DNA from: Somniosus microcephalus
Taxonomy: Eukaryota
Direction: 5' to 3'
Assembly (NCBI GenBank): GCA_052327205.1
Contig: CM126217.1
Location: forward strand, 84,196,001-84,260,000
DNA length: 64,000 bases
Part shown: piece by piece, positions 1 to 9,796 of the stretch
Layout: each line of letters starts with the position of its first letter
Numbering within the stretch: the stretch's first letter is position 1
Notes under the pieces: generated by a model
Told to the model about the DNA's origin: nothing
The model's database searches: none
Seen by the model: only the letters and a program-made list of their open reading frames with translations
Translations under genes and position numbers: made by a program

Positions 1-159
1 CTGCTGTATACTGTAATACCGACGGTGACCACACCGGTATATAAGTGCTGTGTCAGGATTTATTGGGCAGATTCGCCCTGACCTTCGAATAGTAAAGTCC
101 TGTTAAAGTTACTCTTGTAGTCTGTGTATTAATTCGCCATAATACCTACAGACTTTACA
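1..159 (+). repeat. 5' LTR (partial) of element 1
   Basis: 159/159 match to 4311-4469 by eye; ends ...TTTACA; TATATAA at 38-44; AGTAAA at 91-96. Confidence 0.97.
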
Positions 160-160
160 G

Positions 161-170
161 TGGCGACGAG
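161..170 (+). promoter_or_regulatory. Primer binding site complementary to the 3' end of tRNA-Ser(GCU)
   Basis: TGGCGACGAG, 1 nt after the LTR; the same PBS or a 9-nt core occurs in elements 2, 3 and 5. Confidence 0.85.
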
Positions 171-1143
171 TTCGATCTTACCCTGCGGCAACAATACTTC
201 CGAAGCAGTTAATGAGCGTCGAGAAGAGGCACCCGCCCTCGTCGTTCTGCTGAGAGAAAACTCGAGTCTGCAGAGCAAGGAAGAAGGAAGAATTCAGACA
301 CGAAGCCTTCCATCAGCAACAGGCACTGATTGTCCCTTCTGCCATGGTGGTGAGTGAGCCGATCAGCACGAGAAGCAAGTCGGCCACGGTGACTGTGAGT
401 AAAGGGAAAATAAAAAAATAAACGGAGGATAAGGGCGGTGAACTCGACCACGGTCGGGGGAAAGGAGCCGGACAGAAGTTGGGCCCAGAGGCGCTGAGAC
501 TGGGGCAGCGTGGAGCACGGAAGCCGCGGTACAAGCGGGCTGGGAGACGCAACGGCGTCGTGAGACAGCTAGACCGCGATCGGCGAAAAAGGCCGGGCAG
601 CTACCGAGGCCACGAGGCGCTGCGACCGGGATCGTAAGGCGCGGGAAGATATAAAAATAAATAAATCACGGAGAACTCAGCCGCAGCCGGGGAGGAAAGC
701 ACCGGACTGCGAGAGGGCTGGGAGGCGCGATTGGAAGCTGCTGAGGGAGAGACAGAGCCCGAGCGAGCGGGAGAGACAGAGCCCGAGCGAGGGAGACTGA
801 GCGAGATCCAGCCCAGCGGCTGAAACTGTTCGCTGTCAACGGGTTGTACCCAGCGCCGGTTGCCCTGCCGAGAAAAGGGAACAAGGGACGCACTGAAGCT
901 GACGCGCAGGCTGCGAACCCCGAAAGCCAGCGGTCGTCGCCCGAGGGAAAAGCTTACCCCTCCCGCCAGGGGAAGAAACGCGGGAAGCCGCCAGTAGGCG
1001 GGGAAGACGACAGAAGCGGGAAACCGCCATTTTGAAAGTGGGCGGGGGAAGAAGACAAGCGCGGGAAACCGCCATTTTGAAAAAAAAAAGTTAAAGAAAA
1101 ATTTCGTGTTTGTTTCACAGAAAGATAGTGAGAGATAGTGAAG

Positions 1144-2310
1144 ATGCCTAAGCATGGTAACATCAACAACTTCGATTCCGAGGTGGAAGATTGGGCCACG
1201 TACGTAGAACGTATCGAGATATATTGTGAGGCCAATAAGATAGCAGATGATGATAAAGCTCTCACCTTATTAAACGCAATGGGGGCAAAGACATACGGGC
1301 TAGTGAAGCATCTTCTATCACCAGCTAAACCGGCGGATCAGACTTTCGCTAATATTGTTGCTGTCCAGAAGGATCATTTGAACCCCACACCACTGATGTT
1401 GGCGGAATGATTCAAATTCTATGCGAGAACGCAACGGAAAGAGGAAAGCAACGCGGAATACTTGGTCGAACTGCGTAGACTAGCGAAATACTGCCAGTTT
1501 GGGGAAAATCTGACAGAGGCACTGAGAGACAAGTTCGTGTGCGGGTTGTCGAAGGAAGGAACACAAAAGCGTCTGCTAGAAGAGAACGATCTCACACTTG
1601 ATAAGGCTGTCCTTATTGCAGCATCGCACGAAGCCGCAGCGAGAGGCACAGCGGAAATGTAGCTGAAGGCAGCGGTACTCAGTGTGGATCAAATTACTTC
1701 GGGTACATCGAAATGTTATCGTTGTGGGAAGACAACACACGACCAGAACCAATGCTGGTTTAAAAACCAAGAATGTAGAAAATGTGGCAAACTTGGTCAC
1801 ATAGCTAAGGTATGCCGGTCAGGAAAGAAGACCAACAACAACAAAAAAAAGTCACCGCAGGAAAAATACAATAAGGTACACAAGGTGGCTGAGAAGAGTT
1901 CAGATGAACAGAATTCGGATTCAGACCCAACCGTTCAGGAACTGGGTAGTCTGAGAATTCACAATGTGAGTAAGGAAGCTGACCTGCAAACTATCTGGGT
2001 CATGCTAAAAATAGCCGGAGTCCAAGTGAAAATGGAATTGGACACAGGATCAGCCCTATCCGTCATAAATCGAAGGGATTACAACCGGCTATTCTCACAC
2101 ATACCCTTGAGAGATACCAAGATCGTATTGCAGACATACACGGGGCAGAAAGTATACCCCATGGGAAAGATAAAAGTCAAGGTGAGAGACAGGGGCAAAG
2201 AACACCAAGGAATGTATTTATATGTACTACCTGAGGGAGGTCCACCACTTCTGGGGCGGGAGTGGATCTGGGAAATAAACATGGAATGGCACTATTTAAA
2301 AGCAATAATG
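1144..2310 (+). pseudogene. Gag-protease of element 1, one frame with two premature stops
   Basis: ORFs at 1138, 1462 and 1684 share one frame. Stops are TGA 1408-1410 (AE*F for AERF) and TAG 1660-1662. Motifs CYRCGKTTHDQNQC, CRKCGKLGHIAKVC, MELDTGS and PLLGREW. Confidence 0.93.
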
Positions 2311-2550
2311 AGTGAGAACTCGGTGAAGACAATCAGCTCAGACTCTGAAACGGATGACGATAAGACCAGCCCAGGTGCGAAAGACAAGTTTAAAATGGAC
2401 TTGCTGACTAAGGTTGGAAAAACGAAGGAGTGCATAAATGCTTATGCTTCAGAGGAGAACAAAGTTTCAGAACAGAATTCCACTGAACAACAACAACATA
2501 GTTTGACAGAGAATTCTGAGTCTGTCCAGTTTACAGATATGCACAATTCT

Positions 2551-2763
2551 GAGGAACACCGGGCTCGAACTCAACTCCATTTCAAATTACAACAGCAATT
2601 AGAACAATTGAGTTGCCGTCTCGAACAAGAGATGAAAGCAATGAAAAAGTTCTGTGACACAGAGTGGGAGAACCTGGAAAGACAACAGAAACAGCTGATG
2701 GAGAAAAAGGAGCAGGAGCACACAAACCGTCGGGGCAAGGAGGCCAAACGAATCAAAGCTGAT
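2551..2763 (+). pseudogene. STK10: Captured fragment of STK10(LOK)/SLK C-terminal coiled-coil (PKK) region, in frame with Gag-PR
   Basis: EEHRARTQLHFKLQQQLEQLSCRLEQEMKAMKKFCDTEWENLERQQKQLMEKKEQEHTNRRGKEAKRIK resembles recalled STK10 EEHRNQTQL...KKFFDTELENLERQQKQ and SLK KLQQQ...EQEHTNRLRDEAKRIK. Paralog assignment is uncertain. Confidence 0.8.
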
Positions 2764-2790
2764 TCGGTTTCAGAAGGTGCGTGCTTTAAT

Positions 2791-3450
2791 CTGGTGGAGC
2801 AAGAGGTTCAGCAACTGAAAGCGCTTGTTAGCGGATTGCAGGCAGAAAAGACTGATTTGGTCGCCATGAACTCCGAGCTCCTACTGAAGTTGGGTGCAGC
2901 ATCACCGGACGATTCAAGTGGGGAAATTCGAATGGTGGAGGCTGCGGATGATGGCGAAGTAGAAACAGCAAAGGAGCCCCAGGGCAAGGTTATAAACAGC
3001 CCTGCAGCTACTGGGAAACGTATGAGGTCAGAGGAGTTAACGGTCAGCCAACTCCTTCATATGCTGAAGGACAAGACTCTGAAATGGGAACAAATTGAAC
3101 AGGAGTTTAAATCTTCAAAGGAGAGGGGTTTGGAGCTCCCAAAAGTTATTGAAATAGCTGAGGTTGCAACACAGACTGAGAAGATGGCAGCAGAGCAACC
3201 CTTGGATGCCAAAAGTACGCTGACTCACGTCAATGTTGAACAACAGAAGGTTGAAACAGCTGCTGCAGTAGAGGGATTGAATAGTCCGATCAACCAATCT
3301 CCGAATGAAGTTGAAGTATTGAATCACAAATGACGTCATTAGTAAAAGACTTGCAGGAAGCCCAGAAAAAGCTGGATGAAGCTGGACGCCTGAAGAAGTC
3401 TCTTCAGGAAAGATGTCTGGATTTGGAACAAAAGCTGGCTAATGTCCAGC
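2791..3450 (+). pseudogene. OPTN: Captured optineurin central coiled-coil fragment, intronless, with a -1 shift at about 3330
   Basis: Collinear matches to recalled human OPTN: LQAEKTDL..SELLLKL (LQAEKADL..SELQLKL), DDSSGEIRM (EDSFVEIRM), EELTVSQLL (identical), ATQTE (ETQTE), EVEVLN..TSLVKDLQEAQKKLDEA..KKSLQERC (EVEALN..TSLFKELQEAHTKLSEA..KKRLQEKC). Confidence 0.9.
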
Positions 3451-3455
3451 TGGGT

Positions 3456-3752
3456 ATGGAGGAAATAGAAGACCCTCTCACTGGCCTAGCTCAAGATGAC
3501 ACCGAATATTACCATGACCTGTTGGACGACATCGAATATTACGATGACCTGTTCTGCCCAGCTTGTGATGAAAACTCCCAAAGTGCAGAAACCATGAAGA
3601 CTCACAAAAAGTCTAAGGAACATCGGGAGATGGTGGCGCTACTACGGAAAAAGGAGGACGAGAAGGAGGAACTGTGCATGCAGCTGGCAGCTGACAGTGG
3701 AGCCCAGAGAGTCTCCAAGAAGCAGAAAAGGAAAAGACGAAGCAGAAGATGA
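3456..3752 (+). pseudogene. DNAJC21: Captured DNAJC21 fragment (first C2H2 zinc finger plus basic tail)
   Basis: [35 protein letters not shown] vs recalled DNAJC21 [35 protein letters not shown]; downstream SKKQKRKRR vs SKKQKKKK. Confidence 0.88.
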
Positions 3753-4028
3753 TGATCATCTGGACCATCATCATCACTACTAGATCACGCACGGGGTCCC
3801 TTCGAACGGAGCCAAATCAGTTTGGAAGTAGAAAAACTTCCCAAGGTACTCAAGTTTTTACAAGCCAACAATGCTGGTTCAGAAGGACGGAAGTTCAAGC
3901 TGTTAAGTCCAGTGAAGGACTATTGGATGAGTCACTCCAGCAACGTGAACCGACTACACCACAGGGAACTGCTACACCACTGAGGTGTTGTCAGGACCGA
4001 GTCAAGAAGCACGGAAGGCGCATCCACC

Positions 4029-4138
4029 GAGATTGAATCTGTGAACTGTTTTCCGCAGAGACTGAATCTATGAACTGTTTCCCGCAGAGACTAAATCTGT
4101 GAACTGTTTCCGCAGAGACTACATCTGTGAACTGTTTT
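4029..4138 (+). repeat. About 29-30 bp tandem repeat, roughly 4 copies, in the 3' UTR of element 1
   Basis: Unit approximately GAGACTGAATCTGTGAACTGTTTCCCGCA. Confidence 0.9.
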
Positions 4139-4213
4139 AACATGAAGTTGGATATATGTTATGATGTTATGTTTAATGGGGAATAAGTATGTTGTAAGCT
4201 AAAAAGGGAGGAT

Positions 4214-4469
4214 TGTAGTGTATGTAACTGTTCTACCTTTAAGAGAATTATTGTATGTAACCGTTCACCTTTAAGAGAACTATTTTAGGTGTGGCACTAC
4301 TTTATCTTGGCTGCTGTATACTGTAATACCGACGGTGACCACACCGGTATATAAGTGCTGTGTCAGGATTTATTGGGCAGATTCGCCCTGACCTTCGAAT
4401 AGTAAAGTCCTGTTAAAGTTACTCTTGTAGTCTGTGTATTAATTCGCCATAATACCTACAGACTTTACA
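4214..4469 (+). repeat. 3' LTR of element 1 (256 bp, TG...CA)
   Basis: Starts TGTAGTGTATGTA directly after the PPT; ends TTTACA. Confidence 0.95.
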
Positions 4470-5550
4470 GTTGACACACTTGCATTGGAACAGTGGAGTC
4501 TGCAGTTGATAAAGGCACAGATGAGTTTTTCAGCAGCAGATGTGCTGAGGTAAGGCTGGAAGCAGGCAATGTTATGGAGGTGGAAATAAGCAGCATTTGT
4601 GATGGTGATAATATGGGGTCAGAAACTTGGCTTAGGATCAACCAGAACACTGAGGTTGTAAACAGTCTGAGACAGTGACCAGGGACAGCAATGGAGTTGG
4701 TCATGAGGTTACAGAGTTTGCACTAGAGGCTTAAGACAATAGGAAATGGTAGCTCATCCAAGACTGGATGTTGGGCAAGTAGACGGATAGCATAGCAGCA
4801 ACAGAAGGGTCGAGGCAGTGGTAGGTAGGTAGTGTTGAGTGTCATTAGCATACATGTGGAAGCTCACCCCAAGTTTACAAAGGATGTCAGCAAGGGGCAG
4901 CATGTAGGTGAGGAAGAGGAGGAGGCTGGCCAAGGATGTATCTTTGGGGGACTTTTAAGGTAACAGTGCTGGGGTGGGATGAGAAGCCATTGCTAGAGAT
5001 GTTCTCTCTACGATTGGATAGGTAAAAGTGGAACCAAGTGGGGGCCGTTCCACCGAGTTAGACAATGGAGGAGAAGTGTTGGAGGAGGATAGTGTGATCG
5101 TCCATGTCAATGGCTCAGAGAGTTTGAGGAGGGATAATGCACCACAATAACAATCACAGAGAATGTCATTCATGAATTTGGTTAGGGCTGTTTTGGCGTT
5201 ATGGGACGGGCAGAAACCTGATTGCAGAAATTCAAAGAGGGAGCTGTGGTAGAGATGGTTACAGATCTTTGTGGTGACTATACATTCAAGAACGTTGGAG
5301 AGGAAGAGAAGCTTGAAGATGGGATGGTAGTTAGCTAGGACAGAGTGATCAAGGGTGTTTTTTTGGAATTTGGGGTTGATGGCTGTTTTGAAAGGAAGGG
5401 GGATAGTGCTTGAGGTGAGGGGACTATTTACAGTGTTAGCCAGCATGGGGACCAGGAAGGGTGAATGGTGTCAAGGGAGCAGGGGATCAGTCTCATGGAT
5501 GAGATTAACTTGGAGAGGGCTTGGAGTAATGGGGGAGAAACTAGAGCGGG
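4470..5550 (-). mobile_element. Degenerate L2-clade LINE ORF2 (RT) fragment adjoining element 1
   Basis: Minus-strand translation has L2-type RT motifs (FKTA.I.P..KNTLD..LANYHPI..L.FLS.VLE; QSGF.P.H..TAL....NDIL) with many disruptions. Confidence 0.8.
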
Positions 5551-7484
5551 ACTACACTTAAAACTTTGAGGACTACATTGATATTTCTGTACCAAAAGGG
5601 GAAAAAATCACCAGGATTAACATTTTTGGAGGGTTGTTAATGGAATATTGTTAAGTATGCTAAATACTTTTTATAGGAGATATCTATCCCAAGATGTGTC
5701 CCATTTTTACAAAAAAATGGCTTTGTAGATATTCAAAAGGAGTTGTATATCCATTTATTTTGTTGAGTGGATGCGCTGGAATGATGTTGGGTAAGGAAAT
5801 CAGTGTGGACACTTACTGAAGATTTTAAAAAAAAAATTGGCCTGTAAATATACTCTGAACACTGAAACTGAATGGATCTCCTTGCCTAATTAATCCAGTT
5901 CATTCATTCATGCAGGAATCCATGGAGAGGTCCTGTAAATGTAAATAGCTACTAAATGAATTGCTAGAATTTTTTTTAAAATCAAATGATAATTGTTACA
6001 TTGCTCGCCTCCGAAGTGGTCTTGTTTCTATTTTTAATAAAACAAAATGGCCATGCCGTGTCTGAGACACCACGGCAGTGGGGACACAGATAGAATTCCT
6101 CGTGTAGCTGAGTTTCTAATCTCAACTCCACTGATGTGCGAAGTCCAAGCAGAAGGGAAGATAGGGGGAGGAAAATGATTGCCCCCAAGTGCAGTTATTA
6201 GCAGAGACCAAGGGACAGGCTGCCTCCCCATGACCATGGGATGCTTACAGCCCAAGCGATTGGGAAATGTAAAAAAAAAACACAGCAATATCATGCATCA
6301 TCACCTGTGACACTGGGAAGAAGGATGTGAGTTCATCTCTCAGAAGCCAAATTCCCAATCTTGGCCAGATCATCAGGGAGAATCTACCAATCAAGGCCTA
6401 GATGATTCCCCCAGTGGGAGGCGGGACAAGTCTGAGAATTAATTGCTTTGAGCTACTTGTGCACTGGGAGGACAGGCCAGCTACTGCATGCCAGCCATGG
6501 CTGCCGGTAATATGCTACTGCATCACATAAAGCCTGGCATATTTGCCAGCACTCTGTGGAAATAGTTGGATCAGGTGGCAGCGGGATCACTGCTAGGACT
6601 GTGTATTGCTGGTGGTAGAAAGCAATGTTATTGTATTAAAAAAATTACTATTATTGAAACTTCTTCCAAACTGTCTTTTTAAATGGCAGTGAATCCATTC
6701 TGTGGGGAAAAAAATGGGGAGAATGTTTGTAAAATAATTTCAGGTGGAGAGAGTGGATGCAGAATCAGTAGTAATTGGCGAAAAGAAAATCCATCCAATT
6801 CAAAAACATTAGGGAAATGAATTTTTATTTGCATGAAAAAAATATATATCTAGAATATTTTATTTTGAACTCCGACTCCTTGTAGCTTGTATATTGCTGT
6901 TAAAGCCACTGCCAGACTCCAATAGGAAAATGCATTGCACCATCTCCCACTTAAAGCTCTGTAATTATTTCCCACAGATTTTCTTTTAGCAGTGCTGTGA
7001 CTTTTAGGATGCAGCCTTCAACATTAACCTGGGCAAATAAAGAATGCTGTGGCTGTTTAACATATAAATTTGGGAGGCTGAACTACAATTGTGAACCTTT
7101 GGGTACCGAACATTAGTTCTCGAAATATCAATCCTTTCATGATAATTTTGAAGTCTTCATGATAGCTAAAAGTGTAAGCAAATTATTCTTGTATTGGATT
7201 AAGCTAATAAAATCGTTTTATTTTAAAACAGATTCGTGACTCTTGCTATCAAGACTTGAGTGCAATCATGCTCACCTGTCATATTCACTCAGTTCACTGA
7301 CTAGTACTGCATGAAGTTGTTGCTCCTCTGGACTCTGTCTTACCCAGAGAGAGTAGATTTATTATGCATTAAATTAAGAGATGGAGGAATGCAGGCCTCT
7401 TGAATGATTTTATTTTCATAGTGGGCTAAGGTAGCTTAATGTAGTATCGGCTGCTGGAAATTTATTAAACATATTTTTTTAAAT

Positions 7485-8425
7485 CTCAGGGAGAACAAGT
7501 GCTAAAGGAAGAATTATTAATGTCCAAAATTATGAGGGGTTTTGATCCAGTAAATAAGGAGAAACTATTTCCACTAGCAGGAGGGTCAGTAACCAGAGGA
7601 CACAGATTTAAGAAAATTGACAAAAGAACCAGAGGGGAGTCATAAAGGTACAAAGGCACAGAAGGAGGCCAATTGGCCCATCGAGTCCATGCTGGCTTTC
7701 TGTAGAGCAATCCAGTCAGTCCCATTCCCCCGCTCTATCCCCGTAGCCCTGCAAGTTTATTTCCCTCAAATGCCTATCCAGTCTCCCCTTGAAAACATGT
7801 CTCCGCTTCCACCACTTCCGTCGGCAGCGAGTTCCAGGTCCTCACCACTCGCTGCGTAAAAAAGTTTTCCTCACATCCCCACTGTACCTCTTGCCCAAAA
7901 CCTTAACTCTGTCTCCTCTAGTCCTTGTACCATCAACTAGTGGGAACAGCCTATCCCCGTCTAGCCTATCCAAATCCGTCATAATCTTGTACACCTCTAT
8001 CAAATCATCCCTCAACCTCCTTTGCTCTAATGAAAACAAATCCAGCTGTTCCAACCTGTCCTTGTAGCTAAGATCCCCCATCCCCAGAACCATTCTGGTA
8101 AATCTCCTCTGCACCCTCTCAAGTGCCTTCACATCCTTCCTAAAGTGTGGTGACCAGAACTGGATGCAATACTCCAGTTGTGGCCTAACCAGCGCTTTAT
8201 AAAGGGAGATGAGAAACTTTTTTATACAGCAAGTTGTTAGGATCTGGAATGCACTGCCTGAAAGGGTGGTGGAAGCAGATTCAATCATGGCTTTCAAAAG
8301 GGAATTGAAAATATACTTGAAAAGGAAAAAATGACAGGGCTATGAGAAAAAGCGCAGGTCTACTTTCAGAGAGCTGGCACTGGCATGATGGGCCGAATGG
8401 CCTCCTTCTATATTGTATGATTCTA
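7485..8425 (+). mobile_element. CR1 LINE 3' fragment split by a nested opposite-strand CR1 insertion
   Basis: 7485-7640 encodes KIMRGFD.V..EKLFPL.GGS.TRGHRFK; it resumes at about 8204 (NFFIQQVVRIWNALPERVVEA) and ends in a CR1 3' tail. Confidence 0.75.
7641..8203 (-). mobile_element. CR1/HER1-type LINE 3' end
   Basis: LYKALVRPQLEYCIQFWSPH...LEQRRLRDDLIEVYKIM; 3' UTR similar to 57519-57940. Confidence 0.9.
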
Positions 8426-9242
8426 TCATCCTAAGTCTGCTGCTGCATTTTCAGACAGTGCAGGAAAATCCTTTTCAAAATGAATTTAAATCTTCATTGA
8501 CATTATATACAAAACTTGGTTCTTCCATATTCCCAGAGTAAAAGGCAAGTTGGAGAAATTTAGAGGAGGGGCTGCTGTGAACAGAAACTCCATCCCGTAC
8601 AGGGAAATTCTCTTTGACAATATAGTAAGAAGCCAGTCTGCCTACACGAAAGTGGGCGAGTGAGTTGGACAGGAAAAGCTTGTCCATATGCGAGTCTTGC
8701 TTGAACTTTCCTTTGTAAGGCACACACTGCAACTAATGGAATTAGAGTTGGATGGAGTCGAACTCTCTTGAAACTGCAAAACTGACTGTGTAACATTTCA
8801 GTCTGAATGTCTGCAGATTAGCTCAATTGAAAGAGACATTTACCTTCACATCCAGACTATTCTTTTCCCCACTCCCCAAAAAAGCTTCTAAAATGATCAC
8901 ACTGCCATTGCACCTGACTATTCACGCGTTTAACAACTTCTTCAGGGAATAAACTGTGCGTAGCCCTTCAATAGATATCCCTAATGAAATCATGAACAGC
9001 AGATAGTCAATGACAGTGATCTGTGTGAGCAATCACTTTAACCAACTTTTCTGTGTTAGTTTTAGCAAGGCTCACACATGTGGAAAATTGACTGACACAC
9101 ACTTCTGTTTGATTAAATTGTTTTTAAACTTGCTATCCTATATGTTTGCACACTGGATCCAATGTTTTTAGCAAGACTATTTAATAATAGTTGTGATAAA
9201 GCACTTTTTATAGATGTATAAATTAAAATGTCAATGGTAGAC

Positions 9243-9385
9243 ATCTGAAATAAATACAGAAACTGCTGGAAATGCACAGAAGGCCAATAGCACCTGATGA
9301 AGGGTCTCACCCGAAATATTAACCTGTTTTTTTCCCCTTACATATGCTGCCTGACTTGCTTTGTATTTCTATCATTTTCTGTATT
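9243..9385 (+). mobile_element. Penelope-like element terminal-repeat remnant with hammerhead-like core
   Basis: CTGATGA-A-GGG-TCTCA-CCC-GAAA at 9294-9316 inside an imperfect inverted repeat; related copy at 47027-47155. Confidence 0.55.
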
Positions 9386-9796
9386 TAAGCTTAAGTAGCA
9401 ATATCTGAGAGTACTTCGACCCTTGTAGTTTTTTGATTTGCTAATAAATATTGCTGGGATTTTGGGGATGTTAAGACAGCTGAAGTTTGTTCAACGGGAT
9501 CTCCCTGTTTTAGAAGTGGCAAGGGTTATAGGCAATTTGATCTGAGGCTGGTAGCTGTAGAGTGCAACCCCTGTTCTGTTGCCTGGCAGGGAATCCCACT
9601 CATGTTGCCCGAGTAGAACTGTATTCCAAGCTGCTAGCACAGACTTTTGCATTCTCAAAACATATATATATTTCTTTAATTTCACTTCAGTCTATATACC
9701 ACTCAGGAAGTCCAATGGTCTACCCGAGCACTTGTTAAACCCAGCTTCACACCACACTGTCTTGAACCCAAGCAGTGCAGGGCCGATTTTTAACTT

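Larger units (their letters stand above)
1..4469 (+). mobile_element. Non-autonomous Ty3/Gypsy (Mag-like) LTR retrotransposon with pol replaced by host-gene-derived cargo (element 1; 5' LTR truncated by window start)
   Basis: 1-159 is identical to 4311-4469; PBS TGGCGACGAG at 161-170; Gag with two CCHC knuckles and a protease (LDTGS); PPT AAAAAGGGAGGAT at 4201-4213; no YxDD, RNase H or DDE motifs between the LTRs. Confidence 0.95.

Noticed and set aside
160-1155. Several 60-180 aa ORFs in the element 1 leader (and 16066-16830 in element 3)
   Set aside because: GC-rich leader sequence with non-ATG starts and no recognisable domains.
1684-3752. Reading the coiled-coil cargo as an env gene or as the genuine cellular OPTN/STK10/DNAJC21 locus
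   Set aside because: No signal peptide or transmembrane segment is visible. The host-like blocks are partial, intronless, concatenated and enclosed by LTRs.
3865-3895. QCWFRRTE resembling the Gag inter-knuckle QCWFKNQE
   Set aside because: Only about 11 nt are shared and there is no flanking CCHC; may be chance.
4029-4138. Short regularly repeated units as a CRISPR-like array (also 15067-15252)
   Set aside because: Head-to-tail repeats without unique spacers, in eukaryotic retroelement context.
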